Source of the DNA: Candidatus Poribacteria bacterium
GTDB lineage: Bacteria; Poribacteria; WGA-4E; WGA-3G
Direction of reading: 5' to 3'
Assembly (NCBI GenBank): GCA_963663765.2
Contig: CAXXUA010000003.1
Location: 32,001 to 96,000 of the forward strand
DNA length: 64,000 bases
In this document: piece after piece, positions 1 through 10,473 of the stretch
How positions within the stretch are numbered: position 1 is the stretch's first letter
Layout: each line of letters starts with the position of its first letter
The notes under the pieces: generated by a model
The model's database searches: none
What the model was told of the DNA's origin: nothing
What the model saw: only the letters and a program-made list of their open reading frames with translations
Translations under genes and position numbers: made by a program

Positions 1-289
1 AAATTTACTCAAAATATCAAATACTGAATTACCCTGAAGTCCTGTGGATATAGCTTGTTTTTTTGGAAAACACCCTATTATTAAATAGCAACATATAGAC
101 TAAAAGAAAAAAAAATTTGACATTATAATAAAAAATGTCGTATTATAACTATTGTAAAGTTTAGAACTTATTGGATGACTGCTTCGGTAGAATGCACCAG
201 ATCAAGGGTTAGTGAGGGTAAAAAGTCGCTATTTCTGTGATTTACCTTCATCCTCCCACACGTTATTTCTCACACATGAGGATTTAATA

Positions 290-884
290 ATGATTAACCG
301 ATATATGGAAACAGCAAACCAAAAAGTGTACACGTAAAGTGAACACCTTTTGGTCCAATTTTTTGAGAAGATATTATCTGCGTATTGGACTTGGTAGGTT
401 TGTTTTAACTATACTAAACTATAAGTTATTACCCTCCCCCTTTCAATTCACATTCGTTAATATATATTATTTACAAAGTCTTCCCGCAAACATTCGGTTT
501 GTGGTATTTTCGTGCCCGCACATTTCGTCGCGGGCTTTTGTAGTTGCATTGAGGGATACTTCAATGCATCTTATGCCAAACGTAAGGCGTATTCTTGTAC
601 AGCAAATACACATTGTGCAAAATATACTTGAAAATAGTACATGGCACTGTTTTTTGGAATCGGTGCGGGTGTCCTATTATAGTACCGGCACAGAATTAAC
701 AGTCAATAAGCAGTGTACATCCAGAGAAAGTTTTAGTTATAAACAACCTTGTCTGGATATCTTATGGCATGAGGATTGTGATAAAGGTATAATGGGGCTC
801 TATTCCCATCCGATACTCAACAATGATTGTCCGAATCAACATCAACGCGGTCCTTGTGATGCTATGGAAAAAGGAAACTTTTAA
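290..884 (+). pseudogene. possible frameshifted Cys-rich hypothetical gene
   Basis: RBS GAGGA precedes ATG 290, whose frame stops at 337. A frameshift near 302 would join it to ORF 339..884, which has a Cys-rich C-terminus and ends just before the next gene's RBS. TTGACA at 117 upstream. Confidence 0.3.
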
Positions 885-919
885 AATATGACACCCTGTG
901 CACTTAGGAGGAAAAATTG

Positions 920-1945
920 ATGTATAAAAAGTTAACATGGGGACTCAGTGTCCTCATCGTCCTCTTTATAGGATTTATGTTTTATGTTTACTATGATTAC
1001 GCCAAATTCAAGGAAAACTTGGCAGCCGATAGTGAATACACTAATGTTGATGACGTTGAAACTGAGAAACAGAAAGATGCACAACACGTCGCAATAGGTG
1101 ACGCACCACACCCACCTCCGCGCGCTGCGAAAGAAGGCTACGTTTGGGAATGGCATGAGGATCACTGGCAAGAAATGCCTATTGTTGGAGAAGTAGGAAA
1201 ATCAACTGGAGAATTTAAAAGAGTTAAAGAATTTGTTGGTGTAAGTTTTGCATTGCCACCGTCATCAGTGCCTGATGATATACCTGAAGAACTCAAGCTC
1301 CCACCAGAACTTAATCTTGATGTTTATGCTGGATATCAAGACCCTCCTGAAATTGAGAATCTTGAGGAGAAAGCCTATCAACTTCTGGCTTTACTTCAAA
1401 ATATTGTTCAATACCAAAATAAGAATAGGCCTATGGTCGAAATTTGGAGTAAGTTCATAGAATATGAAAAAATGTACCGTGTTTATGCTGAAAATGATCT
1501 TAGTTTAACACTTAATATGGGTTTTGGTTTTGGACGTCCTGAATGGCAATATGAACAGACTTGGGCATTTCCTGAAATTATGGGTAAATTACTTGAAGCG
1601 GATTTACATGTACCAAGAGGAAATGAGAATCCATTAATGGCCACATGGCAGGTGGAAATGGGGATTATGAGTCCCGATTGGAATAAAATAACTTTAAAAG
1701 ATGGACGGCCATTTTTTGTAAAGGGAAAAACAAAGTATGAGTTTAGATATATTGGTATCGATTCAAAAGTAACTTCTGGGTTTAGTAGAACATCGGATGC
1801 TGATGCTCCTTTAATTACTATTGATGTTTTAAATACATCGGACGAAGAATTAAAAGAGTTTATGGGATGGGATTATAGTATAAACCCATTAACATTAGAA
1901 CCAATTAATTACGAAGTTTACATTTCTCCATATAATCTACAATAA
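920..1945 (+). CDS. hypothetical membrane-anchored protein
   Basis: AGGAGG RBS, N-terminal hydrophobic helix, PHPPP...WEWHEDHW motif, about 341-aa open frame. Confidence 0.8.
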   Translation: MYKKLTWGLSVLIVLFIGFMFYVYYDYAKFKENLAADSEYTNVDDVETEKQKDAQHVAIGDAPHPPPRAAKEGYVWEWHEDHWQEMPIVGEVGKSTGEFKRVKEFVGVSFALPPSSVPDDIPEELKLPPELNLDVYAGYQDPPEIENLEEKAYQLLALLQNIVQYQNKNRPMVEIWSKFIEYEKMYRVYAENDLSLTLNMGFGFGRPEWQYEQTWAFPEIMGKLLEADLHVPRGNENPLMATWQVEMGIMSPDWNKITLKDGRPFFVKGKTKYEFRYIGIDSKVTSGFSRTSDADAPLITIDVLNTSDEELKEFMGWDYSINPLTLEPINYEVYISPYNLQ

Positions 1946-2119
1946 TGAGTAATATAAAGAATATAAATTTGTGAATCAGAAAACAATTTTTCTTCCTTTC
2001 TTTCATTAATTTACGAAATCTTTATGTCTTACTTAATATGAATTCACATTCAACAAGAGGATAATATAATGAAAAAGTTCTTTTTATGTTTTATTGTATT
2101 GATATTTGCAATGGTATTA

Positions 2120-2995
2120 CAGCGTATCTCATAAATATTAGTTGGTGTGTTTTTTCTTTTAAACGTTAATCATCTCTGTTAAACTATTTCTATTTCTACT
2201 AAGAGTAAGGAGATGATTTGAATGGAATTAAGTGATGAGCAATGGCAGATTCTTGAACCATTATTGCCTGAATATCCATCAGATAAACCCGGAAGACCTT
2301 GGCGTAGTCATAGAGAAGTGTTAGATGGGATACTCTGGGTGTTGCGCACAGGGGCACCTTGGCGGGATTTACCAGAAAAGTATCCACCTTATCAAACCTG
2401 TCATCGTCGTTTCAAGCAATGGTCTATGGACGGAACATTTGAAAAAATAGAGATGGCACTCATGGAAATACTTGAAAAACGAAAACAAATAAATATGAGT
2501 GAGTGCAGTATTGATGCAAAGTTTGTTCCAGCCAAGAAAGGTGGTGAGTGTGTAGGTAAGACAAAGTGCGGTAAAGGGACAAAACTGGTAGCGATTACAG
2601 AAAAGCGTGGCAGACCTGTGAGTGTTTTGATCACAAGTGCGTCCTGTCATGAAGTGCGTCTGGTTGAACCGGCATTGGATGCTTGTTGGACATCCGAACC
2701 TCCTGCGGTCTTGATAGGAGACAAAGCCTATGACTCTGACCCTTTAGATGCTGCTCTGAGATGTCGTGGCACTGAAATGGTGTCACCGCATAAGAAAAAT
2801 CGAAAGAAACCGGCTACACAGGATGGTCGTCGTTTACGACGATATAAGCGTCGTTTTAAAGTAGAACGATTTTTCAGTTGGTTAGAAGACTTTCGGCGGT
2901 TAGTCGTTCGTTGGGAATATTATGCTGAATTGTATTTAGGTTTTGTGCTTCTTGCATGTATAAGCATGCAACTAAAATATTTATGAGATACGCTG
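2120..2995 (+). mobile_element. IS5-family insertion sequence, complete
   Basis: Perfect 18-bp TIR CAGCGTATCTCATAAATA / TATTTATGAGATACGCTG, with a TA duplication at 2118-19 and 2996-97. Confidence 0.95.
2222..2986 (+). CDS. IS5-family DDE transposase
   Basis: Motifs LSDEQW, ILWVLRTGAPWRDLP, IDA, GDKAYD and RFKVERFFSWL...RRL. Confidence 0.95.
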   Translation: MELSDEQWQILEPLLPEYPSDKPGRPWRSHREVLDGILWVLRTGAPWRDLPEKYPPYQTCHRRFKQWSMDGTFEKIEMALMEILEKRKQINMSECSIDAKFVPAKKGGECVGKTKCGKGTKLVAITEKRGRPVSVLITSASCHEVRLVEPALDACWTSEPPAVLIGDKAYDSDPLDAALRCRGTEMVSPHKKNRKKPATQDGRRLRRYKRRFKVERFFSWLEDFRRLVVRWEYYAELYLGFVLLACISMQLKYL

Positions 2996-4104
2996 TAGTA
3001 TTACCATCTTTCTCACGTGTTTTAGTTACAAAGACAGTTGAACGCACAAATGATCCGGCTGATAATGGCGTAATAAAAGGTATTATAGTTACTACGGCAT
3101 CCTATACTATTACTGATTTAAGCAATAATCAAATTAAGTCTGAGGTTAGTAGTTCTGTAGAGATGATTTGTGTAGCACAAGGTAATTTTATTGGAGTTGC
3201 TACGTATAAAGGGACAGCTGACATGAATAGTTCAAAAGCTTTTATTGCTTTGGCCTCAGAGCCTGATAATATAGACGCAGGCAAAGTCAAGCTGATTAAT
3301 GATAATGGTATACCAATTACTTTATCAACTGAACATTTTAAATACTTTCGGGGTAGATCAGGAAAAGGCGAATTAACAGATCTATTAGTAACATATCCAC
3401 AAGTAGATCCCATGTTGTATACAGGAATAACACAACATGGGGTAGTCCAAGATTCTAGTGTTACTTTTTTGATTTTTTCTATAGGAAATCCCGGAAGAAA
3501 CCTGAACGTCTCAGAGAGTGCAGAATTAATAAAGAGTATTCCCGATAAAAATGGTGATGATAGCATTGACTATCATGATGATATTGATGGCGATTTAGAT
3601 TTCGATGATGATGATAGTATAGCGTTATTTGCACCTTATGCAATGGCATGTGGGGAGGCATATAATCAAACGATGACTGCGTTGATTGATAATCATGTTC
3701 CTAGTGTATGTGCTGATACATCAATGCCGGAAAATGAGGGTGAAGAAGAGAACAATAACGAAGGTGAGGGTAATGCTGGTGATTCGGATGATGGGCTGGA
3801 ACTGGCAACATCTACACATTTAGTGCCAGATGCCCCAACAAATTTGAGTGGCTACGGATACAATGGGTGGGTCAGTTTAGATTTCTTGTACCCAAGCAGT
3901 GATGGCGGTGCAACTATCACCGATTACGAATATCGGTATAGTGTTACTGATGGCACTTATAGTGATTGGACATCCTGGGGCAATACCTACAACCTTAATT
4001 CTGTTTATAATTTGACCAATGGTGTTCAATATCAGTTTCAAGTACGTGCTGTTAATAGCGTGGGAGTCAGCACAGAATCAAATACGGCTTATGCGACTCC
4101 CGTC

Positions 4105-4715
4105 GCAACGGTGCCGGGTATACTAACATTTTTCAGTGCAAGTGCGCTTTCTTCGGGTACCGGTATTTATTTGTTGTATGGGGCACCCACATCGGATGGG
4201 GGTTCTGCGATAACCGATTATGAATATCAGTATAGAAAGAGCACAGGGACTAACACTTGGGGGGCTTGGTCTTCGTGGACTTCTGCGGGAACACACAAGT
4301 CAGCAGGGATAGGGGGACTGTCAAGTGGAACCACGTATGGTGTTCGTATGCGTGCTGTCAACGGCGTGGGTGCAGGCTCAGCTACAGAAACAACACTTGT
4401 CACAACCGCAACGGTGCCGGGTATACTAACATTTTTCAGTGCAAGTGCGCTTTCTTCGGGTACCGGTATTTATTTGTTGTATGGGGCACCCACATCGGAT
4501 GGGGGTTCTGCGATAACCGATTATGAATATCAGTATAGAAAGAGCACAGGGACTAACACTTGGGGGGCTTGGTCTTCGTGGACTTCTGCGGGAACACACA
4601 AGTCAGCAGGGATAGGGGGACTGTCAAGTGGAACCACGTATGGTGTTCGTATGCGTGCTGTCAACGGCGTGGGTGCAGGCTCAGCTACAGAAACAACACT
4701 TGTCACAACCGCAAC
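4105..4715 (+). repeat. exact 303-bp tandem duplication encoding two identical Fn3 domains
   Basis: Unit starts GCAACGGTGCCGGG at 4105 and 4408; the translations are identical. Confidence 0.92.
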
Positions 4716-5034
4716 ACCCATGTAGTTTCAGGTTAGTCCCGGGTTATAGGTACATCAGGTTATATTGGACAGATTCTGATTCGGATGGCGAGTTCTGAGA
4801 TAATGACTTATGTGTATCAGTATAAATCCAGCACGAATGGTCGTCTGAGTTGGAGTTCTTGGTCTGAATGGAAATCTGGTGGCATAGATAACTTTGCTTT
4901 GATATCGCGTTTGTCTCGTCGCACGGATTATGCGGTGCGTATGCGTGCTAAAAAAACGTAGGTGTGAGTAGGGGCATAGGTATTAAGATTGTAAAACTAA
5001 ATAATAACTAGCTTCACCCTCTACCAATCTTTTT

Positions 5035-5070
5035 AGGCAGGTATCCGTTTTGGGTATCTGCCTTTTTTCT
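5035..5070 (+). terminator. intrinsic terminator
   Basis: AGGCAGGTATCC-loop-GGGTATCTGCCT followed by a T-run, downstream of the Fn3 gene. Confidence 0.8.
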
Positions 5071-5344
5071 TTTTGTGAGTTCTATGTTACTAAAACAGGT
5101 GCAAGAGGTTATATCACATAGAATAAGCATCATCTAAGCAATATCATTAGTCGCAGAAATCTTATCCTGAAAATCCTGGTTCAGACAGAAACTCAGAATA
5201 CGCGGATAAAACACCAGCAATAGATAGCATTGCTTAGTTAACGCTTTTTCTATGCATTACAACCAAATCCAGAAATCTTATCTGCGTAATCTGCATAATC
5301 CGTGAAATCCGCGATTCAAATACATGCAGAAAACTTTACACCCC

Positions 5345-5476
5345 TAAGTGGTTTTCTTGCTAAGTATTTATTATATGTTTCCATTGATGATCTACTACTA
5401 AAACAGATGACTACTGGGTTCTTCAGCATTGGACCTTTATTTTATGCTAAAATTAATTGCCGAAAGAACCACTAAG
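5345..5476. mobile_element. MITE with TAAGTGGTT...AACCACTAAG ends
   Basis: An inverted homolog at about 25790-26048 is interrupted by a CAGGACTTA element; a related unit lies at about 26046-26190. Confidence 0.6.
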
Positions 5477-5481
5477 TCCTG

Positions 5482-5787
5482 CAGGGTTATTCAATTTTAG
5501 GTATTTTTGATGATAGTTTACTATAACGTTAATTTTATGTGTTACCGTCTTGTCCATGTCTATAGTCCCGTAGGGATGATATGTTTATAGAAAAATGTTA
5601 TCAACCAATCTTGAGTTCCGTAGGAACTGCATAGAAGAATAAACATATCGTCCCTACGGGACTAAAGAACGATGTGCATGTTTCAATAATCTAAATTGAT
5701 GTATAAGGTGTAGTTAGTAAACCACATTGGGGTATTAACTTTCAGTAAATCTCAATAACAGAGAACTCTTAAAACTGAATAACCCTG
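5482..5787. mobile_element. CAGGG-TIR MITE carrying three REP palindromes
   Basis: TIR CAGGGTTATTCAATTTTA / TAAAACTGAATAACCCTG, 9-bp TSD TAAGTCCTG, internal GTCCCGTAGGGA, GTTCCGTAGGAAC and GTCCCTACGGGAC. Confidence 0.9.
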
Positions 5788-5985
5788 TAAGTCCTGATTT
5801 TAACTTGACATAGTCTTATCAATTTAGTATAATTATCTATGATATTTCATGTTCATTAAACGGTTTCCTAAATGTTTCCACCGTGGGAATGTTCAGTTAT
5901 TCTTTGGTTCCACCATAATAAGTAATTCTTCAACAACTAAAAAATATGCACCCTTACCTGCACAAAATCGCGTCATAATATATAT

Positions 5986-6988
5986 GAACTCATAGCGAGT
6001 AACATCTAATCATTGTTGAAAGTTACCCGATAGTTTATCATTGAATATGCTAAATTGCGAAAACCTAAACGGGTTTCTTTGAGTTTGTCATAACTTAGAA
6101 CGAGTCTTCGGTAAGTATCTTGCCAACCGAATGTTCGTTCCACTTTATATCGGTCTTTGTAGATTTCTTTATTAAACCAACGAAACTTGCGAGCAATAAC
6201 AATCGGTTCTTTCGCATTCCGTCGGTTCGGGTAAATCACTGGAAGCAAACCCTGTTCTTTGATAAGCTTATGATTCACTTTAGAGTCAAAACCAGAATCC
6301 AATGTTAGAGCAGAACCGCTCAGATCCATGCCAATCCTAAGGCTAAAGGTGATGAGTTCGCTGAACGCTTCGGGCAAAATAGTTGTATCGTGTTCATTGA
6401 CCGGTTTGACCGTTATCGGACCAATGATGAACCCTTGATTGTCAGTGATGGTCAACTCTTTTTCACCTTTCTGATGTTTGTGTCCCGAATAACCGCTGCC
6501 GTCTCCCCTTTTTTTACGACGGTATTTGACCCATCACCATGAAGTTGAGTGGTGTCAAGTTGGTCGGTATCATGAAGATGTATTATAGATGCTTCAAAAA
6601 GTTTCTCATAAGAACCATCTTTTGACCACCGACTATGCCATTTATAGACGTTAGACCAATGGAGTTCATTACGCCGGGTTCGGAGTTGATTCCATTGAAT
6701 ACCCGTATGTAAAACATAGAGGATATAGTTGAATATCTTGTAAGGGGAAAGTTTCGGTTTTGGACCTTTTACGCGTTTTGATAAATGTGGTGAATATATT
6801 GGTTAAAATCCTTACGTGAAACCTGCTTCGGAATACCGTTATATTTTGGCTGTTTTTGTCCTTTGTCTGTCATAATAACATCTCTCAACAATATGAATTA
6901 ATATCTGAAGTGGAAATAAAGGGACGTAGAGTATCCTCTTTTCTTTCCCTATTTTACCACATCTTTATGTTTTACTCAATATGAGTTC
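5986..6988 (-). mobile_element. IS5-family element with frameshifted transposase
   Basis: TIR GAACTCATA(GC/TT)GAGTAA, with TATAT on both flanks. Confidence 0.85.
6006..6873 (-). pseudogene. IS5-family transposase (programmed -1 site plus an extra 1-nt deletion)
   Basis: Motifs LYVLHTGIQW, DSGFD and RYKVERTFGW. An A-AAA-AAG slippery run lies at about 6508-6515 and an additional frame break at about 6795. Confidence 0.8.
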
Positions 6989-7011
6989 TATATTAATACC
7001 TTCGTAATTAA

Positions 7012-7323
7012 CAATACCTTCGCCAATAATAGACATTCTTCCAGATTGTGCGGTCAGTTGTAGCACATTCTTCCAGATTGTGCGGTCAGTTGTAGCACAT
7101 TCTGCCAGATTGTGCGGTCAGTTGTAGCACATTCTTCCAGATTGTGCATATAAATTATTCTGTCAGATTCTATCGTCAAATTAGACGCTATGATAATTAA
7201 AAATACTTCAACGAAAACCTGAAGTTATTTTTATTTATGTAATCCTAACAATATCACAGAGCAATGGTAGATCAACACTATATACTCATTCAACTGAAGC
7301 ACTCAATAATGGCGAAGGTATTG
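7012..7323. mobile_element. CAATACCTTCGCCA-TIR MITE with 3.5 internal 32-bp tandem repeats
   Basis: 14-bp perfect TIR; unit CATTCTTCCAGATTGTGCGGTCAGTTGTAGCA at 7034, 7066, 7098 and 7130 (partial); second copy at 25396. Confidence 0.88.
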
Positions 7324-7357
7324 TAGTGAAATATACAATTAATTTTACACTTGTTCT

Positions 7358-8062
7358 GGGGTGTGTAAAGATTTTGCACAGAGGTACAAACTTTTGGTCT
7401 CTTTAGTCCCGTAGGGACGCAATGTTTATAGATAGGTGTAATCACCCTCTCTTGAGTTCCGTAGGAACGACATAGAAGAATAAACATATCGTCCCTACGG
7501 GACTAAAGAACTGGGAAGGGTACTTGTTTTCTATAAACATATCGTCCCTACGGGACTGAAGAGTATGGTTGATATTAACAATATTTCCTTGACACCTATG
7601 GGTCTCTGTGCCCGCAATCTCTCATTTATACAGTTGCGGCGGGGTACAGAGACCCCATAGGTGTCAAATTAAGAAAATATTGTTTGCATTTTCTCTTGTG
7701 GGAGGGGTTTTCAACCCCGATTTGAGCGGAAATGCACTAAAAAATCGGGGTTGAAAACCCATCCCACAAGAGGTAAAATCCTTAATTTGACACCTATGCG
7801 GCGGGGTACAGAGACCCCATAGGTGTCAAATTAAGAAAATATTGTTTGCATTTTCTCTTGTGGGAGGGGTTTTCAACCCCGATTTGAGCGGAAATGCACT
7901 AAAAAATCCAAATCAACGTCAGAAGCGCGTTTGGCTTCTGTCGGGGTTGAAAACCCCTCCCACAAGAGGTAAAATCCTTAAGTTGACACCTATGCGGCGG
8001 GGTACAGAGACCCCGCTCTACAATGGAGAATGTGCAGTTTGTGCAAAAACTTTACACACCCC
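7358..8062. mobile_element. composite non-coding element bounded by 23-bp IRs, packed with REPs and nested MITEs
   Basis: GGGGTGTGTAAAGATTTTGCACA ... TGTGCAAAAACTTTACACACCCC (1 mismatch). Related single ends at about 5330-5344, 30807, 42311-42326 and 45018-45032. Confidence 0.7.
7656..7994. mobile_element. two tandem CATAGGTGTCAA-TIR MITEs (7656..7798 and 7818..7994) with REP doublets
   Basis: TIR CATAGGTGTCAAATTAAG / CTTAA(T/G)TTGACACCTATG; 19-bp direct repeat CGGCGGGGTACAGAGACCC before, between and after the copies. Confidence 0.88.
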
Positions 8063-8247
8063 ACACCAACACCCGATTTTTGAGAATCCCCCGATCCACA
8101 AGGCAAACAATATTCATCAAGATTATTAGATGATGGATGGTTAAATGATTCATCGGAAGAATACCCCAAAACTCCAATGAAAAAAGCAATAAAAAGCAAG
8201 GTAAGAAAATTGTAATATTACTTCGTTTTCAAAAAAGTATAAACTCT

Positions 8248-8937
8248 TTATTTTTTTATGTTTAGAAATTCGTAGGCATCAATTACTGCTTCACTCATGT
8301 CACGGACCTGGATGCCATCAGGAACAATACCTTCCATAAGCGATTTTCTAATGGCTTTTAAATCATCTCTGGGAGATCCACGAATCTCAAGATATTCGTT
8401 CCCATCTTGGTTATGTCTTTTCACGAAAACGGTTCCGGGAATCGTTGGATATACCAATCCAGTAGCTGCAGAACCTGTTATTCCTGTAGTCCGTATTCCT
8501 TGTTTCCACAATTTGACTCGGACGCGCGCCATTAATTCATAAATCGGTGGGTCATTCTTGTAAAAACTCCAAGAAAACGGTTGTAAGAAGTAATCGTCAG
8601 GCACTTCTGGGAATGGACCGAACCCGTGTGGCGAAACGGGTACCCCTTCAGTATTTTCCGTTTCTTGTGTTTGTTCTGTCAGGTTTGCGTGAGTCTCGCT
8701 GGGTGCAGGTCTCTCTACACCTTCGGGACTTGTTTCGGTTATTGATTTCTCTGCGGTCATGTTGGTATCTGTCTTTTGGGCTGCTTCCTGTTCGTGAGCA
8801 ACTTCAGTAGTTTCAGCAGTGTCGTGTCTGTTGGGTGCAAACTGGTGCTGGTACAAAAAGTAGCATCCGATACCGAAGAGAATCGCTAAGGCATAACCGC
8901 CAAGAATCCATTTATTGAAAAAGACTTCGCGAAACAT
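8248..8937 (-). CDS. membrane-anchored hypothetical protein, paralog 1 of 5
   Basis: GGAGG RBS, MFREVFFNKWILG anchor, VSPHGFGP...RV.KLWKQG...GLVYP motifs shared across the array. Confidence 0.88.
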   Translation of the reverse strand: MFREVFFNKWILGGYALAILFGIGCYFLYQHQFAPNRHDTAETTEVAHEQEAAQKTDTNMTAEKSITETSPEGVERPAPSETHANLTEQTQETENTEGVPVSPHGFGPFPEVPDDYFLQPFSWSFYKNDPPIYELMARVRVKLWKQGIRTTGITGSAATGLVYPTIPGTVFVKRHNQDGNEYLEIRGSPRDDLKAIRKSLMEGIVPDGIQVRDMSEAVIDAYEFLNIKK

Positions 8938-8964
8938 TTTTGACCTCCTTTATTGCTTGAATTC

Positions 8965-9344
8965 ACGAGTTGTGCTAAATAACTATATATTAATCATTGT
9001 TTCACATAAGCATGACGTTTTGCAGGTGTCCTTCATAGTTTGAAACGATCTTCAGTCCCGCCAAATGCCATACGCGCATTTGGCGTTGATTTGGTAGGGA
9101 CGATATGTTTATAGAAAAACGTCATAGTACATCCTCTTTAGTCCCGTAGGGACGATATGTTTATAGAAAACGTCATAGTACATCCTCTTTAGTCCCGCCA
9201 AATGCCATACGGGGAATGCCTTAATGGCATTCATACCGTTGATTTGGCGCATTTGGCGTTGATTTGGTAGGGACGATATGTCCGCATTATAAACCTAATA
9301 TATGTAAAAACTTTGAAAACAATGGGTTAACTGGCACAAGTCGT
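8965..9344. mobile_element. ACGA(G/C)TTGTGC-TIR MITE with three REPs and nested micro-elements
   Basis: Ends ACGAGTTGTGC / GCACAAGTCGT; homologs at 10096, 26920, 27331 and 39628. Confidence 0.85.
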
Positions 9345-9378
9345 AATATTACTTCGTTTTCAAAAAAGTAGAAACTCT

Positions 9379-10068
9379 TTATTTTTTTATGTTTAGAAAT
9401 TCGTATGCATCAATTACTGCTTCACTCATGTCACGTACCTGGATGCCATCAGGAACAATCCCTTCCATAAGCGATTTTCTAATGGTTTCTAAATCATCTC
9501 TGGGAGATCCCCGAATTTCAAGGTGATCAACACCGTCACGATTATATCTTTTCACGAAGACGGTTCCGGGAATCGTTGGATATACCAATCCAGTAGCTGC
9601 AGAACCTGTTATTCCTATAGTCCGTATTCCTTGTTTCCACAATTTGATCTGAACGCGTTCCATTAATTCAAAAATCGGCGGGTCATTCTTGTAAAAATCC
9701 CAAGAAAACGGTTTTATGATGTAATCGTCAGGCACTTCTGGGAATGGACCGAACCCGTGTGGCGAAACGGGTACCCCTTCAGTATTTTTCGTTTCTTGTG
9801 TTTGTTCTGTCAGGTTTGCGTGAGTCTCGCTGGGTACAGATCTCTCTACACCTTCCGGACTTGTTTCGGTTATCGTTTTCTCTGCGGTCATGCTGGTATC
9901 TGTCTTTTGGGCTGCTTCCTGTTCGTGAGCAACTTCAGTAGTTTCAGCAGTGTCGTGTCTGTTGGGTGCAAACTGGTGCTGGTACCAAAAGTAGCAACCA
10001 ATACCGAAAACAATCACTAAGGCACAACTACCAAGGATCCATTTATTGAAAAAGACTTCGCGAAACAT
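9379..10068 (-). CDS. membrane-anchored hypothetical protein, paralog 2 of 5
   Basis: Highly similar to paralogs 1 and 3, same RBS. Confidence 0.88.
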   Translation of the reverse strand: MFREVFFNKWILGSCALVIVFGIGCYFWYQHQFAPNRHDTAETTEVAHEQEAAQKTDTSMTAEKTITETSPEGVERSVPSETHANLTEQTQETKNTEGVPVSPHGFGPFPEVPDDYIIKPFSWDFYKNDPPIFELMERVQIKLWKQGIRTIGITGSAATGLVYPTIPGTVFVKRYNRDGVDHLEIRGSPRDDLETIRKSLMEGIVPDGIQVRDMSEAVIDAYEFLNIKK

Positions 10069-10095
10069 TTTTGACCTCCTTTATTGCTTGAATTC

Positions 10096-10439
10096 ACGAG
10101 TTGTGCTAAATAACTATATATTAATCATTGTTTCACATAAGCATGACGTTTTGCAGGTGTCCTTCATAGTTTGAAACGATCTTCAGTCCCGACAAATGCC
10201 ATACGCGCATTTGGCGTTGATTTGGTAGGGACGATATGTTTATAGAAAAACGTCATAGTACATCCTCTTTAGTCCCGTAGGGACGATATGTTTATAGAAA
10301 ACGTCATAGTACATCCTCTTTAGTCCCGCCAAATGCCATACGCGCATTTGGCGTTGATTTGGTAGGGACGATATGTGCGCATTATAAACCTAATATATGT
10401 AAAAACTTTGAAAACAATGGGTTAACTGGCACAAGTCGT
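10096..10439. mobile_element. ACGAGTTGTGC-TIR MITE, copy of 8965..9344
   Basis: Nearly identical to 8965..9344 but 36 bp shorter, lacking the nested micro-element B. Confidence 0.85.
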
Positions 10440-10473
10440 AATATTACTTCGTTTTCAAAAAAGTAGAAACTCT

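Larger units (their letters stand above)
2069..5005 (+). pseudogene. secreted fibronectin type III repeat protein, interrupted by IS5 and decayed at the 3' end
   Basis: ATG 2069 (GAGG RBS) reads MKKFFLCFIVLIFAMVL. Removing IS 2120..2995 plus one TA restores the frame to VLPSFSRV... of ORF 2956..4725. Three Fn3 domains (SDGG...ITDYEY...VRAVN) are followed by a fourth, frameshifted Fn3 remnant at about 4730-5005. Confidence 0.85.

Noticed and set aside
170-256. Possible structured leader (UUCG hairpin and a TGAGGGTAAA/TTTACCTTCA stem)
   Set aside because: Single copy, weak stems, and no match to a riboswitch I can recognise.
2956-2997. ORF-track start of the Fn3 gene
   Set aside because: It lies inside the IS5 right end; the native start is ATG 2069.
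7034-7147. 32-bp repeats (also 25418-25595) as a CRISPR array
   Set aside because: Units are head-to-tail with no unique spacers, lie inside a TIR-bounded element, and no cas genes are present.
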